In this document: positions 11,501-26,500 of the stretch, in pieces
Layout of the letters: each line of letters opens with the position of its first letter
Numbering within the stretch: position 1 is the first letter of the stretch
Assembly (NCBI GenBank): GCA_964016885.1
Contig: OZ024742.1
Span: 347,634,001 to 347,698,000 of the forward strand
Reading direction: 5' to 3'
From: Eledone cirrhosa
Taxonomy: Eukaryota
Length of the DNA: 64,000 bases
Position numbers and translations under genes: made by a program
The notes under the pieces: model-generated
What the model was told of the DNA's origin: nothing
What the model saw: only the letters and a program-made list of their open reading frames with translations
Database searches by the model: none

Positions 11501-14500
11501 TAATTGGTACCATCACTACCACTTTACAGGGTGTACTGGGTGTGTTTTATCATTGGTACCAACACTACCACTTTACAGGATGTACTGGGTGTGTTTTATC
11601 ATTGGTACCAGCACTACCACTTTACAGGGTGTACTGGGTGTGTTTTATCATTGGTACCAGCACTACCACTTTACAGGGTGTACTGCGTGTGTTTTACCAT
11701 TGGTACCAGCACTACCACTTTACAGGGTGTACTGGGTGTGTTTTATCATTGGAACCAGCACTACCACTTTGCAGAGTGTACTGGGTGTGTTTTATAATTG
11801 GTACCAGCACTAACACTTTACAGGGTGTACTGGGTGTGTTTTATATTTGGCACCAGCACTACCACTTTACAGGGTGTACTGCGTGTGTTTTATAATTGGT
11901 ACCAACACTACCACTTTACAGGGTGTACTGCGTGTGTTTTATATTTGGCACCAGCACTACCATTTTACAGGGTGTACTGGGTGTGTTTTATAATTGGTAC
12001 CAACACTACCACTTTACAGGGTGTACTGGGTGTGTTTTATATTTGGCACCAGCACTACCACTTTACAGGGTGTACTGGGTGTGTTTTATAATTGGCACCA
12101 GCAATACCACTTTACAGGGTGTACTGGGTGTGTTTTATCATTGGCACCAGCACTACCACTTTACAGGGTGTACTGCGTGTGTTTTATAATTGGTACCAGC
12201 ACTACCACTTTACAGGGTGTACTGGGTGTATTTTATATTTGGCACCAGCACTACCACTTTACAAGGGTGTACTGGGTGTGTTTTATATTTGGCACCAGCA
12301 CTACCACTTTACAGGGTGTACTGGGTGTGTTTTATAATTGGTACCAACACTACCACTTTACAGGGTGTACTGGGTGTGTTTTATAATTGGTACCAACACT
12401 ACCACTTTACAGGGTGTACTGGGTGTGTTTTATAATTGGTACCGACACTACCACTTTACAGGGTGTACTGGGTGTGTTTTATCATTGGTACCAACACTAC
12501 CACTTTACAGGATGTACTGGGTGTGTTTTATATTTGGCACCAGCACTACCACTTTACAGGGTGTACTGGGTGTGTTTTATAATTGGCACCAGCAATACCA
12601 CTTTACAGGGTGTACTGGGTGTGTTTTATCATTGGCACCAGCACTACCACTTTACAGGGTGTACTGCGTGTGTTTTATAATTGGTACCAGCACTACCACT
12701 TTACAGGGTGTACTGGGTGTATTTTATATTTGGCACCAGCACTACCACTTTACAAGGGTGTACTGGGTGTGTTTTATATTTGGTACCAACACTACCACTT
12801 TACAGGGTGTACTGGGTGTGTTTTATATTTGGTACCAACACTACCACTTTACAGGGTGTACTGGGTGTGTTTTATAATTGGTACCAGCACTACCACTTTA
12901 CAGCGTGTACTGGGTGTGTTTTATCATTGGTACCAGCACTACCACTTTACAGGGTGTACTGGGTGTGTTTTATAATTGGTACCAGCACTACCACTTTACA
13001 GGGTGTACTGGGTGTGTTTTATAATTGGTACCAACACTACCACTTTACAGGATGTACTGGGTGTGTTTTATCATTGGTACCAGCACTACCACTTTACAGG
13101 GTGTACTGGGTGTGTTTTATCATTGGTACCAGCACTACCACTTTACAGGGTGTACTGGGTGTGTTTTATAATTGGTACCAGCACTAACACTTTACAGGGT
13201 GTACTGGGTGTGTTTTATATTTGGCACCAGCACTACCACTTTACAGGGTGTACTGCGTGTGTTTTATAATTGGTACCAACACTACCACTTTACAGGGTGT
13301 ACTGCGTGTGTTTTATATTTGGCACCAGCACTACCATTTTACAGGGTGTACTGGGTGTGTTTTATAATTGGTACCAACACTACCACTTTACAGGGTGTAC
13401 TGGGTGTGTTTTATATTTGGCACCAGCACTACCACTTTAAAGGGTGTACTGGGTGTGTTTTATAATTGGCACCAGCAATACCACTTTACAGGGTGTACTG
13501 GGTGTGTTTTATCATTGGCACCAGCACTACCACTTTACAGGGTGTACTGCGTGTGTTTTATAATTGGTACCAGCACTGCCACTTTACAGAGTGTACTAGG
13601 TGTGTTTTATATTTGGTACCAACACTACCACTTTACAGTGTGTACTGGTTGTGTTTTATCATTGGTACCAGCACTACCACTTTACAGGGTGTACTGGGTG
13701 TGTTTTATCATTGGTACCAGCACTACCACTTTACAGGGTGTACTGGGTGTGTTTTATCATTGGTACCAGCACTACAACTTTACAGGATGTACTGGGTGTG
13801 TTTTATCATTGGTACCAACACTACCACTTTACAGGGTGTACTGGGTGTGTTTTATCATTGGTACCAGCACTACCACTTTACAGAGTGTACTGGGTGTGTT
13901 TTATATTTGGCACCAGCACTACCATTTTACAGGGTGTACTGGGTGTGTTTTATCATTGGTACCAGCACTACCACTTTACAGGGTGTACTGGGTGTGTTTT
14001 ATCATTGGTACCAGCACTACCACTTTACAGGATGTACTGGGTGTGTTTTATCATTGGTACCAGCACTACAACTTTACAGGATGTACTGGGTGTGTTTTAT
14101 CATTGGTACCAACACTACCACTTTACAGGGTGTACTGGGTGTGTTTTATCATTGGTACCAGCACTACCACTTTACAGAGTGTACTGGGTGTGTTTTATAT
14201 TTGGTACCAGCACTACCATTTTACAGGGTGTACTGGGTGTGTTTTATCATTGGTACCAGCACTACCACTTTACAGGGTGTACTGTGTGTGTTTTATCATT
14301 GGTACCAGCACTACCACTTTACAGGGTGTACTGCGTGTGTTTTATAATTGGTACCAGCACTACCACTTTACAGGATGTACTGGGTGTGTTTTATAATTGG
14401 TACCAGCACTACCACTTTACAGAGTGTACTGGGTGTGTTTTATAATTGGTAGCAGCACTACCACTTTACAGGATGTACTGGGTGTGTTTTATCATTGGTA

Positions 14501-17500
14501 CCAGCACTACCACTTTACAGGGTGTACTGGGTGTGTTTTATAATTGGTACCAGCACTACCACTTTACAGAGTGTACTGGGTGTGTTTTATCATTGGTACC
14601 AGCACTACCACTTTACAGGGTGTACTGGGTGTGTTTTATCATTGGTACCTGCACTACCACTTTACAGGGTGTACTGGGTGTGTTTTATCATTGGTACCAG
14701 CACTACCACTTTACAGGGTGTACTGGGTGTGTTTTACCATTGGTACCAGCACTACCACTTTACAGGGTGTACTGGGTGTGTTTTATCATTGGAACCAGCA
14801 CTACCACTTTACAGGGTGTACTGGGTGTGTTTTATAATTGGTACCAGCACTAACACTTTACAGGGTGTACTGGGTGTGTTTTATATTTGGCACCAGCACT
14901 ACCACTTTACAGGGTGTACTGCGTGTGTTTTATAATTGGTACCAACACTACCACTTTACAGGGTGTACTGCGTGTGTTTTATATTTGGCACCAGCACTAC
15001 CATTTTACAGGGTGTACTGGGTGTGTTTTATAATTGGTACCAACACTACCACTTTACAGGGTGTACTGGGTGTGTTTTATATTTGGCACCAGCACTACCA
15101 CTTTACAGGGTGTACTGGGTGTGTTTTATAATTGGCACCAGCAATACCAATTTACAGGGTGTACTGGGTGTGTTTTATCATTGGCACCAGCACTACCACT
15201 TTACAGGGTGTACTGCGTGTGTTTTATAATTGGTACCAGCACTACCACTTTACAGGGTGTACTGGGTGTATTTTATATTTGGCACCAGCACTACCACTTT
15301 ACAAGGGTGTACTGGGTGTGTTTTATATTTGGCACCAGCACTACCACTTTACAGGGTGTACTGGGTGTGTTTTATAATTGGTACCAACACTACCACTTTA
15401 CAGGGTGTACTGGGTGTGTTTTATAATTGGTACCAACACTACCACTTTACAGGGTGTACTGGGTGTGTTTTATAATTGGTACCGACACTACCACTTTACA
15501 GGGTGTACTGGGTGTGTTTTATCATTGGTACCAACACTACCACTTCACAGGGTGTATTGGGTGTGTTTTATCATTGGTACCAGTACTACCACTTTACATG
15601 GTGTACTGGGTGTGTTTTATAATTGGTACCAGCACTACCACTTTACAGGGTGTACTGGGTGTGTTTTACAATTGGCACCAGCACTACCACTTTACAGAGT
15701 GTACTGGGTGTGTTTTATCATTGACACCAGCACTATCACTTTACAGGGTGTACTGGGTGTGTTTTATAATTGGTACCAACACTACCACTTTACAGGGTGT
15801 ACTGGGTGTGTTTTATAATTGGTACCAGCACTACCACTTTACAGGGTGTGTTTTATAATTGGCACCAGCACTACCACTTTACAGAGTGTACTGGGTGTGT
15901 TTTATCATTGGTACCAGCACTACCACTTTACAGGGTGTACTGGGTGTGTTTTATAATTGGTACCAGCACTACCACTTTACAGAGTGTACTGGGTGTGTTT
16001 TATCATTGGTACCAGCACTACCACTTTACAGGGTGTACTGGGTGTGTTTTATAATTGGTACCAGCACTACCACTTTACAGGGTGTACTGGGTGTGTTTTA
16101 TCATTGGTACCAACACTACCACTTTACAGGATGTACTGGGTGTGTTTTATCATTGGTACCAGCACTACCACTTTACAGGGTGTACTGGGTGTGTTTTATC
16201 ATTGGTACCAGCACTACCACTTTACAGGGTGTACTGGGTGTGTTTTATCATTGGTACCAGCACTACCACTTTACAGGGTGTACTGGGTGTGTTTTATCAT
16301 TGGAACCAGCACTACCACTTTACAGGGTGTACTGGGTGTGTTTTATAATTGGTACCAGCACTAACACTTTACAGGGTGTACTGGGTGTGTTTTATATTTG
16401 GCACCAGCACTACCACTTTACAGGGTGTACTGCGTGTGTTTTATAATTGGTACCAACACTACCACTTTACAGGGTGTACTGCGTGTGTTTTATATTTGGC
16501 ACCAGCACTACCATTTTACAGGGTGTACTGGGTGTGTTTTATAATTGGTACCAACACTACCACTTTACAGGGTGTACTGGGTGTGTTTTATATTTGGCAC
16601 CAGCACTACCACTTTACAGGGTGTACTGGGTGTGTTTTATAATTGGCACCAGCAATACCACTTTACAGTGTGTACTGGGTGTGTTTTATCATTGGCACCA
16701 GCACTACCACTTTACAGGGTGTACTGCGTGTGTTTTATAATTGGTACCAGCACTACCACTTTACAGGGTGTACTGGGTGTATTTTATATTTGGCACCAGC
16801 ACTACCACTTTACAAGGGTGTACTGGGTGTGTTTTATATTTGGTACCAACACTACCACTTTACAGGGTGTACTGGGTGTGTTTTATATTTGGTACCAACA
16901 CTACCACTTTACAGGGTGTACTGGGTGTGTTTTATAATTGGTACCAGCACTACCACTTTACAGAGTGTACTGGGTGTGTTTTATCATTGGTACCAGCACT
17001 ACCACTTTACAGGGTGTACTGGGTGTGTTTTATAATTGGTACCAGCACTACCACTTTACAGGGTGTACTGCGTGTGTTTTATCATTGGTACCAACACTAC
17101 CACTTTACAGGATGTACTGGGTGTGTTTTATCATTGGTACCAGCACTACCACTTTACAGGGTGTACTGGGTGTGTTTTATCATTGGTACCAGCACTACCA
17201 CTTTACAGGGTGTACTTGGTGTGTTTTATCATTGGTACCAGCACTACCACTTTACAGGGTGTACTGGGTGTGTTTTATCATTGGAACCAGCACTACCACT
17301 TTACAGGGTGTACTGGGTGTGTTTTATAATTGGTACCAGCACTAACACTTTACAGGGTGTACTGGGTGTGTTTTATATTTGGCACCAGCACTACCACTTT
17401 ACAGGGTGTACTGCGTGTGTTTTATAATTGGTACCAACACTACCACTTTACAGGGTGTACTGCGTGTGTTTTATATTTGGCACCAGCACTACCATTTTAC

Positions 17501-20500
17501 AGGGTGTACTGGGTGTGTTTTATAATTGGTACCAACACTAACACTTTACAGGGTGTACTGGGTGTGTTTTATATTTGGCACCAGCACTACCACTTTACAG
17601 GGTGTACTGGGTGTGTTTTATAATTGGCACCAGCAATACCACTTTACAGGGTGTACTGGGTGTGTTTTATCATTGGCACCAGCACTACCACTTTACAGGG
17701 TGTACTGCGTGTGTTTTATAATTGGTACCAGCACTACCACTTTACAGGGTGTACTGGGTGTATTTTATATTTGGCACCAGCACTACCACTTTACAAGGGT
17801 GTACTGGGTGTGTTTTATATTTGGCACCAGCACTACCACTTTACAGGGTGTACTGGGTGTGTTTTATAATTGGTACCAGCACTACCACTTTACAGGGTGT
17901 ACTGGGTGTGTTTTATATTTGGCACCAGCACTACCACTTTACAGGGTGTACTGGGTGTGTTTTATAATTGGTACCAACACTACCACTTTACAGGGTGTAC
18001 TGGGTGTGTTTTATAATTGGTACCAACACTACCACTTTACAGGGTGTACTGGGTGTGTTTTATAATTGGTACCAACACTATCACTTTACAGGGTGTACTG
18101 GGTGTGTTTTATAATTGGTACCAACACTACCACTTTACAGGGTGTACTGGGTGTGTTTTATAATTGGTACCAGCACTACCACTTTACAGGGTGTGTTTTA
18201 TAATTGGCACCAGCACTACCACTTTACAGAGTGTACTGGGTGTGTTTTATCATTGGTACCAGCACTACCACTTTACAGGGTGTACTGCGTGTGTTTTATA
18301 ATTGGTACCAGCACTACCACTTTACAGGGTGTACTGGGTGTGTTTTATATTTGGGACCAGCACTACCACTTTACAGGGTGTACTGGGTGTGTTTTATAAT
18401 TGGTACCAACACTACCGCTTTACAGGGTGTACTGGGTGTGTTTTATAATTGGTACCAACACTACCACTTTACAGGGTGTACTGGGTGTGTTTTATAATTG
18501 GTACCAACACTATCACTTTACAGGGTGTACTGGGTGTGTTTTATAATTGGTACCAACACTACCACTTTACAGGGTGTACTGGGTGTGTTTTATAATTGGC
18601 ACCAGCAATACCACTTTACAGGGTGTACTGGGTGTGTTTTATCATTGGCACCAGCACTACCACTTTACAGGGTGTACTGCGTGTGTTTTATAATTGGTAC
18701 CAGCACTACCACTTTACAGGGTGTACTGCGTGTGTTTTATAATTGGTACCAACACTACCACTTTACAGGGTGTACTGCGTGTGTTTTATATTTGGCACCA
18801 GCACTACCATTTTACAGGGTGTACTGGGTGTGTTTTATAATTGGTACCAACACTACCACTTTACAGGGTGTACTGGGTGTGTTTTATATTTGGCACCGGC
18901 ACTACCACTTTAAAGGGTGTACTGGGTGTGTTTTATAATTGGCACCAGCAATACCACTTTACAGGGTGTACTGGGTGTGTTTTATCATTGGCACCAGCAC
19001 TACCACTTTACAGGGTGTACTGCGTGTGTTTTATCATTGGTACCAGCACTGCCACTTTACAGAGTGTACTAGGTGTGTTTTATATTTGGTACCAACACTA
19101 CCACTTTACAGTGTGTACTGGTTGTGTTTTATCATTGGTACCAGCACTACCACTTTACAGGGTGTACTGGGTGTGTTTTATCATTGGTACCAGCACTACA
19201 ACTTTACAGGATGTACTGGGTGTGTTTTATCATTGGTACCAACACTACCACTTTACAGGGTGTACTGGGTGTGTTTTATCATTGGTACCAGCACTACCAC
19301 TTTACAGAGTGTACTGGGTGTGTTTTATATTTGGCACCAGCACTACCACTTTACAGGGTGTACTGGGTGTGTTTTATAATTGGCACCAGCAATACCACTT
19401 TACAGGGTGTACTGGGTGTGTTTTATCATTGGCACCAGCACTACCACTTTACAGGGTGTACTGCGTATGTTTTATAATTGGTACCAGCACTACCACTTTA
19501 CAGGGTGTACTGCGTGTGTTTTATAATTGGTACCAACACTACCACTTTACAGGGTGTACTGCGTGTGTTTTATATTTGGCACCAGCACTACCATTTTACA
19601 GGGTGTACTGGGTGTGTTTTATAATTGGTACCAACACTACCACTTTACAGGGTGTACTGGGTGTGTTTTATATTTGGCACCAGCACTACCACTTTAAAGG
19701 GTGTACTGGGTGTGTTTTATAATTGGCACCAGCAATACCACTTTACAGGGTGTACTGGGTGTGTTTTATCATTGGCACCAGCACTACCACTTTACAGGGT
19801 GTACTGCGTGTGTTTTATCATTGGTACCAGCACTGCCACTTTACAGAGTGTACTAGGTGTGTTTTATATTTGGTACCAACACTACCACTTTACAGTGTGT
19901 ACTGGTTGTGTTTTATCATTGGTACCAGCACTACCACTTTACAGGGTGTACTGGGTGTGTTTTATCATTGGTACCAGCACTACCACTTTACAGGGTGTAC
20001 TGGGTGTGTTTTATCATTGGTACCAGCACTACAACTTTACAGGATGTACTGGGTGTGTTTTATCATTGGTACCAACACTACCACTTTACAGGGTGTACTG
20101 GGTGTGTTTTATCATTGGTACCAGCACTACCACTTTACAGAGTGTACTGGGTGTGTTTTATATTTGGCACCAGCACTACCATTTTACAGGGTGTACTGGG
20201 TGTGTTTTATCATTGGTACCAGCACTACCACTTTACAGGGTGTACTGGGTGTGTTTTATATTTGGCACCAGCACTACCACTTTACAGGGTGTACTGGGTG
20301 TGTTTTATAATTGGTACCAACACTACCACTTTACAGGGTGTACTGGGTGTGTTTTATAATTGGTACCAACACTACCACTTTACAGGGTGTACTGGGTGTG
20401 TTTTATAATTGGTACCAACACTATCACTTTACAGGGTGTACTGGGTGTGTTTTATAATTGGTACCAACACTACCACTTTACAGGGTGTACTGGGTGTGTT

Positions 20501-23500
20501 TTATAATTGGTACCAGCACTACCACTTTACAGGGTGTGTTTTATAATTGGCACCAGCACTACCACTTTACAGAGTGTACTGGGTGTGTTTTATCATTGGT
20601 ACCAGCACTACCACTTTACAGGGTGTACTGCGTGTGTTTTATAATTGGTACCAGCACTACCACTTTACAGGGTGTACTGGGTGTGTTTTATCATTGGTAC
20701 CAGCACTACCACTTTACAGGGTGTACTGGGTGTGTTTTATCATTGGTACCAGCACTACCACTTTACAGGGTGTACTGCGTGTGTTTTATAATTGGTACCA
20801 GCACTACCACTTTACAGGATGTACTGGGTGTGTTTTATAATTGGTACCAGCACTACCACTTTACAGAGTGTACTGGGTGTGTTTTATAATTGGTACCAGC
20901 ACTACCACTTTACAGGATGTACTGGGTGTGTTTTATCATTGGTACCAGCACTACCACTTTACAGGATGTACTGGGTGTGTTTTATAATTGGTACCAGCAC
21001 TACCACTTTACAGAGTGTACTGGGTGTGTTTTATAATTGGTACCAGCACTACCACTTTACAGGATGGACTGGGTGTGTTTTATCATTGGTACCAGCACTA
21101 CCACTTTACAGGGTGTACTGGGTGTGTTTTATAATTGGTACCAGCACTACCACTTTACAGAGTGTACTGGGTGTGTTTTATCATTGGTACCAGCACTACC
21201 ACTTTACAGGGTGTACTGGGTGTGTTTTATAATTGGTACCAGCACTACCACTTTACAGGGTGTACTGGGTGTGTTTTATCATTGGTACCAACACTACCAC
21301 TTTACAGGATGTACTGGGGGTGTTTTATCATTGGTACCAGCACTACCACTTTACAGGGTGTACTGGGTGTGTTTTATCATTGGTACCAGCACTACCACTT
21401 TACAGGGTGTACTGGGTGTGTTTTATCATTGGTACCAGCACTACCACTTTACAGGGTGTACTGGGTGTGTTTTATCATTGGAACCAGCACTACCACTTTA
21501 CAGGGTGTACTGGGTGTGTTTTATAATTGGTACCAGCACTAACACTTTACAGGGTGTACTGGGTGTGTTTTATATTTGGCACCAGCACTACCACTTTACA
21601 GGGTGTACTGCGTGTGTTTTATAATTGGTACCAACACTACCACTTTACAGGGTGTACTGCGTGTGTTTTATATTTGGCACCAGCACTACCATTTTACAGG
21701 GTGTACTGGGTGTGTTTTATTATTGGTACCAACACTACCACTTTACAGGGTGTACTGGGTGTGTTTTATAATTGGCACCAGCAATACCACTTTACAGGGT
21801 GTACTGGGTGTGTTTTATCATTGGCACCAGCACTACCACTTTACAGGGTGTACTGCGTGTGTTTTATCATTGGTACCAGCACTGCCACTTTACAGAGTGT
21901 ACTAGGTGTGTTTTATATTTGGTACCAACACTACCACTTTACAGGGTGTACTGGGTGTGTTTTATCATTGGTACCAGCACTACCACTTTACAGGGTGTAC
22001 TGGGTGTGTTTTATCATTGGTACCAACACTACCACTTTACAGGGTGTACTGGGTGTGTTTTATCATTGGTACCAGCACTACCACTTTACAGGGTGTACTG
22101 GGTGTGTTTTATCATTGGTACCAGCACTACAACTGTACAGGATGTACTGGGTGTGTTTTATCATTGGTACCAACACTACCACTTTACAGGGTGTACTGGG
22201 TGTGTTTTATCATTGGTACCAGCACTACCACTTTACAGAGTGTACTGGGTGTGTTTTATATTTGGCACCAGCACTACCATTTTACAGGGTGTACTGGGTG
22301 TGTTTTATCATTGGTACCAGCACTACCACTTTACAGGGTGTACTGGGTGTGTTTTATCATTGGTACCAGCACTACCACTTTACAGGGTGTACTGGGTGTG
22401 TTTTATAATTGGTACCAGCACTTCCACTTTACAGAGTGTACTGGGTGTGTTTTATCATTGGTACCAGCACTACCACTTTACAGGATGTACTGGGTGTGTT
22501 TTATCATTGGTACCAGCACTACCACTTTACAGGGTGTACTGGGTGTGTTTTATAATTGGTACCAGCACTTCCACTTTACAGGGTGTACTGGGTGTGTTTT
22601 ATAATTGGTACCAGCACTACCACTTTACAGGATGTACTGGGTGTGTTTTATCATTGGTACCAACACTACCACTTTACAGGGTGTACTGGGTGTGTTTTAT
22701 CATTGGTACCAACACTACCACTTTACAGGATGTACTGGGTGTGTTTTATCATTGGTACCAGCACTACAACTTTACAGGATGTACTGGGTGTGTTTTATCA
22801 TTGGTACCAACACTACCACTTTACAGGGTGTACTGGGTGTGTTTTATCATTGGTACCAACACTACCACTTTACAGAGTGTACTGGGTGTGTTTTATATTT
22901 GGCACCAGCACTACCATTTTACAGGGTGTACTGGGTGTGTTTTATCATTGGTACCAGCACTACCACTTTACAGGGTGTACTGCGTGTGTTTTATAATTGG
23001 TACCAGCACTACCACTTTACAGGATGTACTGGGTGTGTTTTATAATTGGTACCAGCACGACCACTTTACAGAGTGTACTGGGTGTGTTTTATAATTGGTA
23101 CCAGCACTACCACTTTACAGGATGTACTGGGTGTGTTTTATCATTGGTACCAGCACTACCACTTTACAGGGTGTACTGGGTGTGTTTTATAATTGGTACC
23201 AGCACTACCACTTTACAGAGTGTACTGGGTGTGTTTTATCATTGGTACCAGCACTACCACTTTACAGGGTGTACTGGGTGTGTTTTATAATTGGTACCAT
23301 CACTACCACTTTACAGGGTGTACTGGGTGTGTTTTATCATTGGTACCAACACTACCACTTTACAGGATGTACTGGGTGTGTTTTATCATTGGTACCAGCA
23401 CTACCACTTTACAGGGTGTACTGGGTGTGTTTTATCATTGGTACCAGCACTACCACTTTACAGGGTGTACTGCGTGTGTTTTACCATTGGTACCAGCACT

Positions 23501-26500
23501 ACCACTTTACAGGGTGTACTGGGTGTGTTTTATCATTGGAACCAGCACTACCACTTTGCAGAGTGTACTGGGTGTGTTTTATAATTGGTACCAGCACTAA
23601 CACTTTACAGGGTGTACTGGGTGTGTTTTATATTTGGCACCAGCACTACCACTTTACAGGGTGTACTGCGTGTGTTTTATAATTGGTACCAACACTACCA
23701 CTTTACAGGGTGTACTGCGTGTGTTTTATATTTGGCACCAGCACTACCATTTTACAGGGTGTACTGGGTGTGTTTTATAATTGGTACCAACACTACCACT
23801 TTACAGGGTGTACTGGGTGTGTTTTATATTTGGCACCAGCACTACCACTTTACAGGGTGTACTGGGTGTGTTTTATAATTGGCACCAGCAATACCACTTT
23901 ACAGGGTGTACTGGGTGTGTTTTATCATTGGCACCAGCACTACCACTTTACAGGGTGTACTGCGTGTGTTTTATAATTGGTACCAGCACTACCACTTTAC
24001 AGGGTGTACTGGGTGTATTTTATATTTGGCACCAGCACTACCACTTTACAAGGGTGTACTGGGTGTGTTTTATATTTGGCACCAGCACTACCACTTTACA
24101 GGGTGTACTGGGTGTGTTTTATAATTGGTACCAACACTACCACTTTACAGGGTGTACTGGGTGTGTTTTATAATTGGTACCAACACTACCACTTTACAGG
24201 GTGTACTGGGTGTGTTTTATAATTGGTACCGACACTACCACTTTACAGGGTGTACTGGGTGTGTTTTATCATTGGTACCAACACTACCACTTTACAGGAT
24301 GTACTGGGTGTGTTTTATATTTGGCACCAGCACTACCACTTTACAGGGTGTACTGGGTGTGTTTTATAATTGGCACCAGCAATACCACTTTACAGGGTGT
24401 ACTGGGTGTGTTTTATCATTGGCACCAGCACTACCACTTTACAGGGTGTACTGCGTGTGTTTTATAATTGGTACCAGCACTACCACTTTACAGGGTGTAC
24501 TGGGTGTATTTTATATTTGGCACCAGCACTACCACTTTACAAGGGTGTACTGGGTGTGTTTTATATTTGGTACCAACACTACCACTTTACAGGGTGTACT
24601 GGGTGTGTTTTATATTTGGTACCAACACTACCACTTTACAGGGTGTACTGGGTGTGTTTTATAATTGGTACCAGCACTACCACTTTACAGCGTGTACTGG
24701 GTGTGTTTTATCATTGGTACCAGCACTACCACTTTACAGGGTGTACTGGGTGTGTTTTATCATTGGTACCAACACTACCACTTTACAGGATGTACTGGGT
24801 GTGTTTTATCATTGGTACCAGCACTACCACTTTACAGGGTGTACTGGGTGTGTTTTATCATTGGTACCAGCACTACCACTTTACAGGGTGTACTGGGTGT
24901 GTTTTATAATTGGTACCAGCACTAACACTTTACAGGGTGTACTGGGTGTGTTTTATATTTGGCACCAGCACTACCACTTTACAGGGTGTACTGCGTGTGT
25001 TTTATAATTGGTACCAACACTACCACTTTACAGGGTGTACTGCGTGTGTTTTATATTTGGCACCAGCACTACCATTTTACAGGGTGTACTGGGTGTGTTT
25101 TATAATTGGTACCAACACTACCACTTTACAGGGTGTACTGGGTGTGTTTTATATTTGGCACCAGCACTACCACTTTAAAGGGTGTACTGGGTGTGTTTTA
25201 TAATTGGCACCAGCAATACCACTTTACAGGGTGTACTGGGTGTGTTTTATCATTGGCACCAGCACTACCACTTTACAGGGTGTACTGCGTGTGTTTTATC
25301 ATTGGTACCAGCACTGCCACTTTACAGAGTGTACTAGGTGTGTTTTATATTTGGTACCAACACTACCACTTTACAGTGTGTACTGGTTGTGTTTTATCAT
25401 TGGTACCAGCACTACCACTTTACAGGGTGTACTGGGTGTGTTTTATCATTGGTACCAGCACTACCACTTTACAGGGTGTACTGGGTGTGTTTTATCATTG
25501 GTACCAGCACTACAACTTTACAGGATGTACTGGGTGTGTTTTATCATTGGTACCAACACTACCACTTTACAGGGTGTACTGGGTGTGTTTTATCATTGGT
25601 ACCAGCACTACCACTTTACAGAGTGTACTGGGTGTGTTTTATATTTGGCACCAGCACTACCATTTTACAGGGTGTACTGGGTGTGTTTTATCATTGGTAC
25701 CAGCACTACCACTTTACAGGGTGTACTGGGTGTGTTTTATCATTGGTACCAGCACTACCACTTTACAGGGTGTACTGGGTGTGTTTTATAATTGGTACCA
25801 GCACTTCCACTTTACAGAGTGTACTGGGTGTGTTTTATCATTGGTACCAGCACTACCACTTTACAGGGTGTACTGGGTGTGTTTTATAATTGGTACCAGC
25901 ACTACCACTTTACAGGATGTACTGGGTGTGTTTTATCATTGGTACCAACACTACCACTTTACAGGGTGTACTGGGTGTGTTTTATCATTGGTACCAACAC
26001 TACCACTTTACAGGATGTACTGGGTGTGTTTTATCATTGGTACCAGCACTACAACTTTACAGGATGTACTGGGTGTGTTTTATCATTGGTACCAACACTA
26101 CCACTTTACAGGGTGTACTGGGTGTGTTTTATCATTGGTACCAGCACTACCACTTTACAGAGTGTACTGGGTGTGTTTTATATTTGGTACCAGCACTACC
26201 ATTTTACAGGGTGTACTGGGTGTGTTTTATCATTGGTACCAGCACTACCACTTTACAGGGTGTACTGGGTGTGTTTTATCATTGGTACCAGCACTACCAC
26301 TTTACAGGGTGTACTGCGTGTGTTTTATAATTGGTACCAGCACTACCACTTTACAGGATGTACTGGGTGTGTTTTATAATTGGTACCAGCACTACCACTT
26401 TACAGAGTGTACTGGGTGTGTTTTATAATTGGTAGCAGCACTACCACTTTACAGGATGTACTGGGTGTGTTTTATAATTGGTACCAGCACTACCACTTTA